DNA of 64,000 nucleotides, taken from the NCBI GenBank assembly GCA_963813135.1, contig CAWEXY010000011.1, forward strand, positions 182,374 through 246,373. The letters are read 5' to 3'. A program made the position numbers and the translations under genes. Below, one piece after another: positions 1 to 9,779 of the stretch (position 1 is its first letter; each line of letters opens with the position of its first letter). The notes beneath the pieces were generated by a model. That model ran no database searches. It worked only from the letters and a program-made list of their open reading frames with translations, and had not been told where the DNA came from. The DNA comes from an uncultured Verrucomicrobiae bacterium (GTDB lineage: Bacteria; Chlamydiota; Chlamydiia; Chlamydiales; Rhabdochlamydiaceae).

Positions 1-1
1 C

Positions 2-682
2 GCATAGATGCGAGTCGATCGAGGAGAGCGAATGCGAGCCTGCGGGAGCTAAGTGAAATAAAAAGACCGGCCGCTGAGCACCATGGCGCAAATGCTCCAG
101 GGATATGACTCCAGCGGAGACATCGAGCGTCCAACGAAAAGCATTGCTAAAGTCAATATCGCGACCCTGCGGCGTCTGCCACTTGCCTTTTTCAGTAAAG
201 ATAAGAACCTTGTCGTTTTCTTTGGCGGCGACGACCTCGCCAACGCCTTTTCCATTCCAGCCTCCCTCTTTGTTATTGGTGCGGGCGTGGAACATGAGAT
301 GCTCTGTCGCCGCCAAACGCTCCCAAAAAAAGAGAAGGACCTTTGTGCGTTTCTCTTGGGTCATCCCAGAGGAGCGATCGCCCTCTTCAACATAGCAATA
401 TTGCTTCTTTTCAACGGCAGGCATCAAGGTATAGGCTTTTTTGAGCAGCTGCTGCAGTTCTTCGAGGAGAGGATAGGCGGGATTGAACTGGTAGATCCTG
501 GTTTTACCTTCGTAATAGCTGTGAATGATGCCTCCTTTTTCTAAGCGGGTGAAGGCTTTTTGGATGGGGGTGAGGGGGCTGCTCAGCAGGCGCTGCAGCT
601 GAGTTCCATAGCACTTGTTGTTGACAAAGAGAAAAAGAAGGATTTTTTGGACATTTTTATTTCCGCAAAGCACCTCGATCAT
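2..682 (-). CDS. winged-helix (ArsR/MarR-like) DNA-binding protein; its C-terminal end lies outside the window
   Basis: Absent from the ORF track because no stop lies in the window. Hand translation of the reverse complement from ATG (682-680) gives MIEVLCGNKNVQKILLFLFVNNKCYGTQLQRLLSSPLTPIQKAFTRLEKGGIIHSYYEGKTRIYQFNP... It stays open to position 2 (227 codons). The N-terminus has an HTH plus beta-wing pattern. The gene is divergent to bioY. Confidence 0.5.
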   Translation of the reverse strand, partial: MIEVLCGNKNVQKILLFLFVNNKCYGTQLQRLLSSPLTPIQKAFTRLEKGGIIHSYYEGKTRIYQFNPAYPLLEELQQLLKKAYTLMPAVEKKQYCYVEEGDRSSGMTQEKRTKVLLFFWERLAATEHLMFHARTNNKEGGWNGKGVGEVVAAKENDKVLIFTEKGKWQTPQGRDIDFSNAFRWTLDVSAGVISLEHLRHGAQRPVFLFHLAPAGSHSLSSIDSHLC

Positions 683-860
683 GAATATTTCCTCCTAAAA
701 TCAGCATTTTTCAAACTATTTAGGGGTTTTTTGCCCGCTATTCACCTGAACCGCCAAATCTAACCTATTTTAGGAATATCATAAACTCCTTTTTAGTTTA
801 TACATCTGTTTTGAGGGGATTGTCATTTTCATAAACGGAGAAGTAGACTCTTGATTTTAC

Positions 861-1427
861 ATGGAGGCATTTATGCAAACGATCGTTTTAAAACAAAACC
901 ATATCCTTAGAGAGGTAAGCGTCGCTCTGGCGGGCAGCCTCTTTTTGGCCATGATGGCCCAAATCTCCGTTCCGCTTCCCTTTACTCCTGTACCTCTAAC
1001 GATGCAAACATTGGCGGTTTTTCTTTTGGGAGGCATCCTGGGACCCAAACGGGCCTTATTTGCATTAGTCGCCTATTTGGCGGAGGGCTCCTGTGGTCTA
1101 CCCATCTTCACAGGCGCTGCCATCAAACCTCTATGGTTTTTAGGCCTGCATGCTGGCTATCTATTCGCCTTTCCTATAGCTACCTATGTTGTCGGGAAAC
1201 TCACCGAGCGCCGCGAAAGCATTTTCCATTTTCTTTTGGCGCTTTTCATTGGAGAGATCATCATTTTAGGCCTCGGATCGAGCTGGCTAGCGCTTTTCTT
1301 TGGCTGGAAGAAGGCTTTCTTACTCGGGGCTGTCCCATTTTTTATCGGAGCGATGTTAAAAATTTGCGCAGGGGCGTTAATCCTGAAAAGCTATGTCATT
1401 ACTCGCCAAGCTTTCTTTTCTCGTTAG
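861..1427 (+). CDS. bioY: BioY-family biotin transporter (ECF S component)
   Basis: 188-aa polytopic membrane ORF. The core ISVPLPFTPVPLTMQTLAVFLLGGILGP...AEGSCGLPIF is typical of BioY. An alternative ATG lies at 873. Confidence 0.85.
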   Translation: MEAFMQTIVLKQNHILREVSVALAGSLFLAMMAQISVPLPFTPVPLTMQTLAVFLLGGILGPKRALFALVAYLAEGSCGLPIFTGAAIKPLWFLGLHAGYLFAFPIATYVVGKLTERRESIFHFLLALFIGEIIILGLGSSWLALFFGWKKAFLLGAVPFFIGAMLKICAGALILKSYVITRQAFFSR

Positions 1428-1437
1428 GAGAACTCAG

Positions 1438-2061
1438 ATGATTCTTGTCTATCATGATAGAGGCTCGTGCGACCTGAGTTCCGACGCCCTGACAAGCGAA
1501 CTCAGAAAATGCTTTTCGAGGGTCCAGAAAGTGGATAGCCATTTTCTTAAAACGGCGCCCTGGGAACTGACTGCCTCGGCCCTCGTCATGGGAGGCGGAA
1601 CTTGTTCGGTATGGGAAGAGCAATTGCAACAATCGGGAATGGAAAAAATCCACAATTTTGTCATGCGAGGAGGAAAATTCGTCGGATTTTGCGCGGGCGC
1701 TTACTTTAGCGCTCCCTACAGTTGTTTTTCCTATGCGAGCGGTCTCCTCATCGAAAAAAGTCGGCCGCTTAAATTTTTTGAAGGAAAGGCAGTGGGCCCG
1801 CTCATACCCACGGACAATCCACTGGGACCTGAGTCCGCACAAGCCATCGCTATCAAAATGGGTATCGCAAAGGGATTTTGTTACTACCAGGGAGGCTGTT
1901 ATTTCGATGTGGACAATCGGGCGGAGGTCTTAGCCTATTATGACAGCCCTTATGAAAAGCCTGCCATGATCAAGGCAAAATCGGCCCTTCTCTGCGGCTT
2001 CCATCCCGAGTTTTCTTGGGGAATCTGCAGAAATATTCAGATCCAGCTTTTGGCGCCCTAG
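1438..2061 (+). CDS. biotin-protein-ligase N-terminal (BPL_N, class I glutamine amidotransferase-like) domain protein
   Basis: ATG at 1438 follows AGGAG (1426-1430), so I prefer it to the track start at 1393. ALVMGGGTCSVWEEQL...IHNFVMRGGKFVGFCAGAYF matches the BPL_N pattern (GGG..., FV..GG.YLGFCAGAY). It lies directly downstream of bioY. Confidence 0.6.
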   Translation: MILVYHDRGSCDLSSDALTSELRKCFSRVQKVDSHFLKTAPWELTASALVMGGGTCSVWEEQLQQSGMEKIHNFVMRGGKFVGFCAGAYFSAPYSCFSYASGLLIEKSRPLKFFEGKAVGPLIPTDNPLGPESAQAIAIKMGIAKGFCYYQGGCYFDVDNRAEVLAYYDSPYEKPAMIKAKSALLCGFHPEFSWGICRNIQIQLLAP

Positions 2062-2099
2062 TGGATATTCTTTCAACGCAGGAGGCTTTCCGCCGCATC

Positions 2100-4382
2100 G
2101 TTTGGCAAAAAGTTCTCGATCACCTTTCTCAAGAATAATCGCTAGGATCGAAATAGAGGATCCAAGGATGGCCTTTAGCACGAAACATTGCGTTTCCAAG
2201 AGGTGATCGGCGCGCCCATGGTTCAGGTGCGGTCGACGCGCCACAGCTCGAGCTTTTTCGTTCGGGGGCTGACGACGAATGCGAAATAATTATGCAGCCA
2301 GTTGGTGTCGGCAAAGAAAAGGACGCGGGGGGCAAGGCCGATCTCGCGCGCTCTATCTGCAATAAGCGCATGAACGTCCATCGGCTGATATTGCAGATGC
2401 ATCTTGGCTATATTTTTAGTTCTTGGCTGTGCAATGGGAAGGCAGATTTTCAGGCAGGGAAACAGGAACTTTCCAAGGGGCCAGAAGCTCTTGTAAAACC
2501 CTTTGACATTGGTCGCGAGCAACTAATGGTGAGCGACTCAAAAAGTTCCGCATCGGACAGTTTAGGATCGAAAAGAGCCGGCTGCTTTTTCATAGAATTC
2601 TTGCATCGGGAGGAGGAAATTATCGCGCACCCATGTATCGGTCGAAGCCGCGTGCCATCCCTCAGCGGAAGGAAGGCATGCCCGGCTTTAACAGAAACTC
2701 GTGCGTAGGGGATTGCATGAGCATGCTTTTCGCAGGATTTTGCAAAAATTGATCGGTGATTTTGGGGGGTAAGCTCTTGAGGGCCTCTAAAAGAAAAATG
2801 CAAAGATCGAGAGGATCTTCAACGCTGCGGCTTTCTTGATGGGGGGCTGATTCCTTGCCGAAATATGTTTTCAGCAAGAATTTCCATGGTGCCGCCTGAA
2901 AGATAGGCCCACGGTGTGCGCCCGATCTTTTTGGTGCGGGCAGGCGCTGATTTCAAAAACTCCTCGGAACGAATCTGCTGCAGCGCGGCAGTTGTTGCGA
3001 GAGTGGCGAGCTCTTTTCCCTTCCGTTGCGCACCCATGCGCAATGGAAGCTTCGCTCAAGTTAAAAAAATCGACGAGGCTGCGGATATACTCATCGGATG
3101 AGCGCACGATCGTCCATATGGAAGCATCGGCGCGCCCATGCTTATAGACAAGCCGAAAACCTGCAGGGCTGTCTTCATAGGCCTCTTCGCGCACTTCCGC
3201 CATTTCAGGATCATAGATCTCCTGAAAATACTCGGGGAATTTTCTATCGTATTCCTGAATAAGATAATTAAAAAAGTTAGCGTAGCGCTTTCCTCTCTCT
3301 TCATAATCTTCGGCCAGATCGCGGCAGGCTAGGCTGTGGTAATACCGCGCTTGATATTCGGCTTTAAGGCGGCGCGCTTCGGCCTCTGTTTCCGCGCGGC
3401 GCAGCAAAGCCTCGACCGAACGCACTTGATCAATCGCTGCATTATACTCTCCGGCATACTCCTGAAGTTTTTCGTTGGCCGATTGAAGTTTTTCGTCGAT
3501 GAGGCGGAACAGCACTTCGCCCAGTCCTCCTTTTTCGCCCGGATGCAGCCCCAAGCTCGTGTAGAGGTTCCACCGAGAAAATTCCATCTTGATCTCGGAA
3601 TATGATGCGAGCGTAAACTCCCACGCTTTGAGAAGGGCGTGATCGACATATCCCTTAAACTGCGCTTTCGCCTGTTCGGGGATGATTTTTTCTAGCGGCG
3701 TGTCCGGATGGATTTTTGCAGGAAGGGCCACGTGTTGAAGGCTGGGGCTTTCCCGCAGAGGATGATGATCGGCTTTTTTATAAAGGTCCCCGCGTCCCCA
3801 GCTCAGGGACAAAGGAACGGTATATTCTTTTCCTCCAAAGGTCCGGCGAAGACGCCCTGTGGTGAGTAAGTCGTAAAGATCGAGCAAGAAGCGATCGGGC
3901 TCCTCTTCCTGGATAAGGATCGCAGGCGCCGTGGCAAAGCAAGAGCCGACATTTTGCCGCAAGGGCGTGAGGGCGGCAGAAACGACGGCGCGGCGGACAT
4001 GAACGTCCGTCAATGTGGTGTTCGAAGAGAGCTGGAGAGAATCTTGGATCAGTTTTTCAGCGCCCTTGTGGCATAGAGGCAATTGAAAACGAAGAAAGCT
4101 GCGAAAAAACCGGTCATCGGTCTTCCAACGCTGCAAAAACTTTTCTTGGTGCTTCCTCAAAAGCTCGTCGGAGAGCCCATTCAAATAAAATGGAGCGGGT
4201 AAAATAATTTCAGGACGCTGCAATTTTCCTTCTTCGTCTACGAGAAGAGAGGCCAGCGCGCGGGCGCGGCTGACAGCCCGATAGCTATAAGAATCTTGAA
4301 TTCCTACCACATCGAATGCATGCGAAAGAGTTTTTTCGTCTAAAAACATTTCGGTTTTTGCTACAATTGCCTGAAACACCAC
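2100..4382 (-). pseudogene. large conserved hypothetical gene (N-terminal part intact, contains NVGSCFATAPAI) broken by several frameshifts; 3' boundary uncertain
   Basis: Same-strand ORFs 2871..4382, 2819..3043, 2662..2877, 2450..2803 and 2223..2522 tile the interval, and each overlaps the next. Their frames (end coordinate mod 3) run 2,1,0,1,2. Each piece reads like real protein, for example LQQIRSEEFLKSAPARTKKIGRTPWAYLSGG and VLFFADTNWLHNYFAFVVSP. Confidence 0.5.
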
Positions 4383-4399
4383 AAATTACCACGGAAGTT

Positions 4400-6334
4400 A
4401 TGAAGATACAAGTCGATGCAGAATGGATGGAGCTCCCCGAAGGGAGTTTAGCTAAAGATGTTGCCGAAAAAAAACGCCTCACAGGCCCAGACCAAGCCCT
4501 TGCTGTCTCCATCAATGGAAAACTTTTCGACCTGACAGCGCCTTTAAAAGAGGGAGACCAACTCCACTTTCTCAACTTTTCCGAGAAAGAAGGAAAAGAA
4601 GTTTTTTGGCATACCTCCGCTCACGTCCTGGCTCAAGCGATCCTGCGCCTATTTCCCGATGCCAAACCGACCATCGGCCCGCCGATCGAGCAAGGGTTTT
4701 ATTATGATTTTGCCAACCTCTCCCTCTCCGACGCCGATTTTGCCAAGATCGAAGAAGAGATGCAAAAAATCCTCGACGAAAACTATAAACCAAAGCGCCA
4801 TCTCTTCGAGGATAAGAAAGAAGCGCTCGCTCGTTTCAAAAAAAATCCCTACAAAATCGAGCTCATCGAAGGATTTGAAGAAGGGCCGATCACGGGCTAT
4901 GAACAAGGAGAGTTTTTCGATCTCTGCCGAGGTCCGCACCTTCCCAGCCTAGGAAAAATCAAAGCAATTAAAATTTTAAAAGTCTCCGGCGCGTATTGGA
5001 AGGGCGATTCCAAAAAAGAAATGCTCACCCGCATTTACGCCATTTCCTATCCCGACCGCAAACTGCTCAAAGAATTTCTCCACCTTTTAGAAGAGGCCAA
5101 AAAGCGCGACCACAAACTCATTGGACAACACCTCGATCTCTTCTCCATTCAAGAAGAAGCGCCAGGCTGCCCCTTCATTCATCCGAAAGGAATGATCATC
5201 TGGAACCGTCTTGTCGAATTTCTGCGGGGCCTCAATCGCAAAGCCGGCTACGTCGAAATTAAAACACCTCTTCTGTGCGGCCAGCAGCTGTGGGAGCGGT
5301 CCGGCCATTGGAACTATTACCGCGAAAACATGTATGCATTTGAGATCGAAGACCGCGCCTATGCGCTCAAGCCGATGAACTGCCCGGGATGCATGCTGTT
5401 TTATAAAACCCGCACGCATAGCTACCGCGAGCTTCCTTTCCGCGTCAGCGAACTGGGCCACGTGCACCGCCACGAACTTTCCGGTGCGCTCAACGGCCTT
5501 TTCCGTGTGCGCAGCTTCCACCAGGACGACGCCCACCTCTTCATGAAACCCTCCGACATCAAGCAAGAAATTTTAGGAATTTTAGGACTCGTCGAAGAAA
5601 TTTACAGCACCTTTGGCCTTGCGTACCGCTTTGAACTCTCAACGCGGCCTGAGCAAAGCATCGGCACAGACGAAGACTGGGACCATGCCACCAAAGGACT
5701 GCAAGGCGCGCTTGAAGAATGGGGCCAGCCCTACCAGATCAACGCAGGCGACGGGGCCTTCTATGGGCCCAAAATCGACATCCACATCCGCGATGCCCTG
5801 GGGCGTTCGTGGCAATGCGGTACGGTCCAACTCGACATGGCCCTTCCCGAAAAATTCGCTCTCGAATATATGGATAAGGACGGAATGCATCGCCGGCCAG
5901 TCATGGTGCACCGAGCGATCTTCGGATCGGTTGAGCGGTTCTTTGGGATATTGATCGAACACTTTGCGGGCAAGTTTCCGCTGTGGATCAGTCCGCTGCC
6001 GATTCGTGTGATCACTGTGGCCGACCGGCACCGTGAATTTGCTTTCCATGCGCTGAGTGAGATCCAAGCGAAGGGCTTTATTGCCGATGTCGATGATACA
6101 TCCGAGTCGGTCGGTAAAAAAATACGCAATGCCCAACTCTTGCAGATCAACTACATGCTGACCGTGGGAGACAAAGAAGTGGAAAACAAAACCGTGAGCA
6201 TCCGCACCCGCGACAACGTTGTCCACGGTGAGATGCCACTCGATGCGTTCCTCGAAGCGATAGAAACCGAAATGAGAAACAAGTCGCTTAACTCAAGCTT
6301 AGGAAGTGCTCATGTGGGTCATAACGATCAGTAG
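4400..6334 (+). CDS. thrS: threonine--tRNA ligase
   Basis: The protein shows a TGS-like N-terminus, an editing-domain HTSAHVLAQA, class II motifs (FRVSELGHVHRHELSGALNGLFRVRSFHQDDAHLF; GPKIDIHIRDALGRSWQCGTVQLD) and an anticodon-binding tail. I prefer ATG 4400 (MKIQVDAEW), which gives 644 aa, to the track start at 4316. Confidence 0.95.
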   Translation: MKIQVDAEWMELPEGSLAKDVAEKKRLTGPDQALAVSINGKLFDLTAPLKEGDQLHFLNFSEKEGKEVFWHTSAHVLAQAILRLFPDAKPTIGPPIEQGFYYDFANLSLSDADFAKIEEEMQKILDENYKPKRHLFEDKKEALARFKKNPYKIELIEGFEEGPITGYEQGEFFDLCRGPHLPSLGKIKAIKILKVSGAYWKGDSKKEMLTRIYAISYPDRKLLKEFLHLLEEAKKRDHKLIGQHLDLFSIQEEAPGCPFIHPKGMIIWNRLVEFLRGLNRKAGYVEIKTPLLCGQQLWERSGHWNYYRENMYAFEIEDRAYALKPMNCPGCMLFYKTRTHSYRELPFRVSELGHVHRHELSGALNGLFRVRSFHQDDAHLFMKPSDIKQEILGILGLVEEIYSTFGLAYRFELSTRPEQSIGTDEDWDHATKGLQGALEEWGQPYQINAGDGAFYGPKIDIHIRDALGRSWQCGTVQLDMALPEKFALEYMDKDGMHRRPVMVHRAIFGSVERFFGILIEHFAGKFPLWISPLPIRVITVADRHREFAFHALSEIQAKGFIADVDDTSESVGKKIRNAQLLQINYMLTVGDKEVENKTVSIRTRDNVVHGEMPLDAFLEAIETEMRNKSLNSSLGSAHVGHNDQ

Positions 6335-7082
6335 TTTTAAAGGCGGAACCGCCAAGACATCGACGTCGCTCCATATCGGAGCTGCGCTCGCTCGGAAGCA
6401 TAAGCAAAAAGTCCTCCTCATCGACTTCGATGCCCAGGCCAATCTCACATCCGGCCTCGGCTACGATCCCGATGCGCACGATAGCTTAGCTCCCGTTCTT
6501 CAGCGCAAAAAAACCATCCAAGAAGTCATCTTAAAAACGTCGATCCCCAACCTCTTCCTCATTCCCGCAGACACCTGGCTAGAGCGCATCGAAGTCACCG
6601 AGGCCTTGGCCGGCGATCGCTACTCGCATGAGCGCCTCAAAGAGCTTCTCAAATCGCTCAAAGGGTTTGACACGGTCATCATCGATACCCCGCCATCGCT
6701 GTGCTGGCTCACCGAGTCGGCCCTCATCGCTTCCCAATTTGCCCTCGTCACCGCCACACCTGAGTTTTACAGCGTGAAAGGACTGCAGCGCCTCTCCCAA
6801 TTTCTCACGAGCATCGGCGAGCGCCATACCCTTGACGTCCTCGGCATCGTCCTGTCCTTTTGGAATCCCCGCGGCAAAAGCAACGACGCGTTCCTCGACG
6901 TCATCGAACAGACCTTCCCGGGCAAAATGCTCAAAGCCAAAGTCCGCCGCGACATTTCCGTCTCCGAAGCTTCTGTCCATGGGAAATCGGTCTTTGAAAT
7001 CGCCCCCAGTTCGCGCGCGGCTGAAGACTATACCTCTCTTGCCAAAGAACTCTTAAAGAGACTACAGAAATGTCCAAAATGA
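6312..7082 (+). CDS. parA: ParA/Soj-type partition ATPase (chlamydial pGP5-D/CT582-like)
   Basis: It has the deviant Walker A SFKGGTAKTST and the blocks LLIDFDAQANLT and VIIDTPPSL. ATG 6312 lies 6 nt after AGGAAG. It overlaps the thrS stop. Confidence 0.85.
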   Translation: MWVITISSFKGGTAKTSTSLHIGAALARKHKQKVLLIDFDAQANLTSGLGYDPDAHDSLAPVLQRKKTIQEVILKTSIPNLFLIPADTWLERIEVTEALAGDRYSHERLKELLKSLKGFDTVIIDTPPSLCWLTESALIASQFALVTATPEFYSVKGLQRLSQFLTSIGERHTLDVLGIVLSFWNPRGKSNDAFLDVIEQTFPGKMLKAKVRRDISVSEASVHGKSVFEIAPSSRAAEDYTSLAKELLKRLQKCPK

Positions 7083-7819
7083 ACTCCCTTCTTTCGTCCC
7101 GCCTAAAGGCAGCGACGCAAAAGCTCACGAAGATGACGTCTCTCGCTGAACTGTCTGCCGAAGGACAACTTTCCTCTTTCTCCGGAGTCTTCCGCGTCAC
7201 GCCTCTTTCGCTGATGGAACAATCGGCCCTCGAAGCCCTCCTGGAAAATTATAAAAGCGAAGCGCAAGAAATCGGCGCCGACCTCTCGCAACTCTCCAGC
7301 ATCACTTCCGAAGTAAGGGCCATCAACAACCAAGCCGCCATTCTCCATGGCGAGCGCATCAAAAAAGCGCAAGAGATCCTCAAAAAATACCGCGATGGCG
7401 CCTTTTCCGCCTGGCTCGTTACCACCTATGGGAATCGACAAACTCCCTATAATTTTCTCCAATATTATGAGCTCTTTCTGCAACTGCCCAAAGCGCTCCA
7501 TGAAAACCTCGACCGTATGCCGCGCCAAGCCGTCTACACTCTGGCCAGCCGCGATGCTCCCCTCGAGCGCAAGGAAGCGATCATCCAAAATTACCGCGGC
7601 GAGAAAAAGCGTGAGATATTAAAAATCATCCGCAAGACATTTCCCCTCGCAGGCGATGATAAGCGCGCGGAAGACACCGCAGCGCAAGCGATTTCCTCTC
7701 TGCAAAAAACATTGGAAATCGTCAAAGAGAAGCGATTCAGCCCCAGCCCTGCTCAACAGCAGACACTGCTAGGCCTCATCCGCGACATCGAGCGCCGCAT
7801 CGAAGCTAATAACACTTAG
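7070..7819 (+). CDS. pGP6-D/CT583-like protein (presumed ParA partner)
   Basis: 249-aa ORF that overlaps the parA stop. The order thrS-parA-this gene matches the chlamydial CT581-CT582-CT583 arrangement as I recall it. The call rests on synteny and general resemblance only. Confidence 0.5.
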   Translation: MSKMNSLLSSRLKAATQKLTKMTSLAELSAEGQLSSFSGVFRVTPLSLMEQSALEALLENYKSEAQEIGADLSQLSSITSEVRAINNQAAILHGERIKKAQEILKKYRDGAFSAWLVTTYGNRQTPYNFLQYYELFLQLPKALHENLDRMPRQAVYTLASRDAPLERKEAIIQNYRGEKKREILKIIRKTFPLAGDDKRAEDTAAQAISSLQKTLEIVKEKRFSPSPAQQQTLLGLIRDIERRIEANNT

Positions 7820-7885
7820 AGAAAATTTGACAACCGCTCTCGACAACAAACTTCTAATCTTTGAGAACAATAGGTTTCTGCAAAT

Positions 7886-8977
7886 TTACAAATTGAGATT
7901 CTGATCCAACAAGAATGCATGTAAGACTTTTATAGGGCCTTCTTCCGAAAGACAATAGACTTGACCCCAGATTGGTTTAATAAGCCAGCCATCTATATCT
8001 CTTGCGGCATCTTCTAAGGTTCTGTTCAATAAGCCTAGTCTATTTTTGATGTCTAAACTCTTGTCAGAAGTGAAGCATAGAACTTTTTCACCATTCAGTC
8101 CTAGAACAGCAAAATCTATTAATTCCCCATCGCATAAGTCATCTTTGCGACTTAATGGTTCGTATTGATCCAGCCAAGCCTTGACTTGAGCGAATTCTGG
8201 ATTGCTAGGATCTCGAGCTAATATTTTTGCAAAGGTGTAATATCTGTTTTCTGCTAGTCTGAAAAACCCAATTTTATTTCCATTTATGAATTGGTCATGA
8301 AAAAAAGCAAAAAGAGAATCAAACCACATTTTAGCCTTTTCAAACATGACAAAAGCTTCTTGCTTGGAAATTTGATCAGGCTGAATGAACGGAAAGGTCG
8401 TCAACAGGTTCCATGTGAGTTGTCCCAACAAATTAGCTAGAACGTCTTCTTGATGATCAGAAAGATGTTGGCGGTATCTTTTTAAAGTAAGTTGCACCAA
8501 CTCCTTTGCTGCGTCGCTGGTAGCGTATTTTTCAATTTTTTCATCAAGCAACTTCACTAGTGAATCCGCCTTCAACTCTTTCATCTGAGTTAGAAGAGAA
8601 TAAAAGATTTCATGCATTCCATTCAAAAAAACGGCTATTTCCTCTTGAAGATTTTTCAAATCTACCGTGCTTAAATTTTTCGGATTGGGCATATTCTTGA
8701 TATAAGTTTGGACCAATTTAACTACTGTTTTGTATCCTTGGCTACTATGCAGCAAATGTAACACCCCACCCAATCCAATACTTTCTAGAAAAAGGAAAGG
8801 GGTAAAAATTGGATCGCATCCCTTAATTAAATCAATGTTGTGCGTCTCACATTCGTCAATGAATTCGTTCCAACAACACTCATTGTCGCGCTTCGTTAAT
8901 CTCCCAGAAAAATTTGAATCGAAATAAGATTTCACAATTAAATAAACCAAGTTATTGCTATTATTTTCTTGCGTCAT
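7886..8977 (-). CDS. hypothetical protein (363 aa) in an A/T-rich islet
   Basis: Long uninterrupted ORF on the same strand as the toxin-antitoxin pair and 45 nt downstream of it. I recognise no motif. Confidence 0.55.
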   Translation of the reverse strand: MTQENNSNNLVYLIVKSYFDSNFSGRLTKRDNECCWNEFIDECETHNIDLIKGCDPIFTPFLFLESIGLGGVLHLLHSSQGYKTVVKLVQTYIKNMPNPKNLSTVDLKNLQEEIAVFLNGMHEIFYSLLTQMKELKADSLVKLLDEKIEKYATSDAAKELVQLTLKRYRQHLSDHQEDVLANLLGQLTWNLLTTFPFIQPDQISKQEAFVMFEKAKMWFDSLFAFFHDQFINGNKIGFFRLAENRYYTFAKILARDPSNPEFAQVKAWLDQYEPLSRKDDLCDGELIDFAVLGLNGEKVLCFTSDKSLDIKNRLGLLNRTLEDAARDIDGWLIKPIWGQVYCLSEEGPIKVLHAFLLDQNLNL

Positions 8978-9022
8978 AAATATCCTTTATAAATTATCGG
9001 CTTTGAAAGGTTGAAAATTATT

Positions 9023-9325
9023 TTAGGCGATTCTTATTTCTAAGTTTCTTCCTAATGCGCTAACAGCCATAGCCAAAGATTTGAGCGTACAACTTTTTCT
9101 AGGATCTAACAAACGATTAACAGAGGCGCGACTCGTCTTCAATCTTTTGGCAAATTGACTTTTTGTCATTTTTTGCTTTTTTAATTCTTTTTCGAGCTGA
9201 AATGCGATGACTCTTTTAATAGCTTCGGCATTACATTCTTCAAATAAACCCTCTTCCTTCAAGAAGTCATCAAAACTAGAGCCTCTATGTTTATTTTTCA
9301 CTTTTTTTCTCTTTTTTTTATCCAT
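9023..9325 (-). CDS. XRE-type HTH antitoxin (HigA-like)
   Basis: 100 aa. TKSQFAKRLKTSRASVNRLLDP fits an XRE helix-turn-helix. It overlaps the upstream toxin ORF by 8 nt. Confidence 0.75.
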   Translation of the reverse strand: MDKKKRKKVKNKHRGSSFDDFLKEEGLFEECNAEAIKRVIAFQLEKELKKQKMTKSQFAKRLKTSRASVNRLLDPRKSCTLKSLAMAVSALGRNLEIRIA

Positions 9326-9662
9326 ATTTTTTAGCTCGTTTTCGTGCCAACTCTAGATCTTGTTCTGGCATTTTTTGACTCTTTTTTATGAAGCCATGAA
9401 GCAGAACCATTTCACCATCTGCCATTTTAAAAATTATTCTCGCAATCCCATGGGGAATATGCGATCTCGACTCCCATAATCCCTTTCCTAAACTGCGGAC
9501 TAAGGGCATTCCTAATGGCCATCCTATCTGAATCGTTCTAAGGTCGTTCCCAATTTCCTTTCTAGCTTCTTTAGTTAAAGTACGCAACCATTCTCTAACG
9601 GGTTCGTTGCCGCTACCTTCTTCTTTATAGAAGACAATAGGAATGGGATGAAGATCTCTCAT
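9318..9662 (-). CDS. RelE/ParE-superfamily toxin, Gp49/HigB-like
   Basis: NEPVREWLRTL....RKEIGNDLRTIQIGWPLGMPLVRSLGKGLWESRSHIPHGIARIIF...VLLHGFIKKSQKMPEQDLELARKR is the Gp49-like (phage-derived killer) pattern. Toxin-first order fits HigBA. I prefer ATG 9662 to the TTG at 9689. Confidence 0.75.
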   Translation of the reverse strand: MRDLHPIPIVFYKEEGSGNEPVREWLRTLTKEARKEIGNDLRTIQIGWPLGMPLVRSLGKGLWESRSHIPHGIARIIFKMADGEMVLLHGFIKKSQKMPEQDLELARKRAKKYG

Positions 9663-9779
9663 TTTCGAGCATCCTATACACTGTTTCAAAAGACGAGTGT
9701 ATCAAAATTGATACATTTCAGGCAAATAAAAATTGATTGTGCAGATCATTCTGGACTCATCCTAGATATCGAACGAATC

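Noticed and set aside
83-544. 153-aa plus-strand ORF (and 105..395) at the left edge
   Set aside because: It lies antisense to a longer, motif-bearing minus-strand reading frame (2..682) that is open to the window edge. The plus-strand product has no recognisable features, so I treat it as a shadow ORF.
5087-6226. Minus-strand ORFs of 159, 195 and 129 aa inside thrS
   Set aside because: They lie fully within the strongly supported thrS coding region on the opposite strand. Their composition is Arg/Ala/Gly-rich, which is typical of antisense frames in G/C-rich genes.
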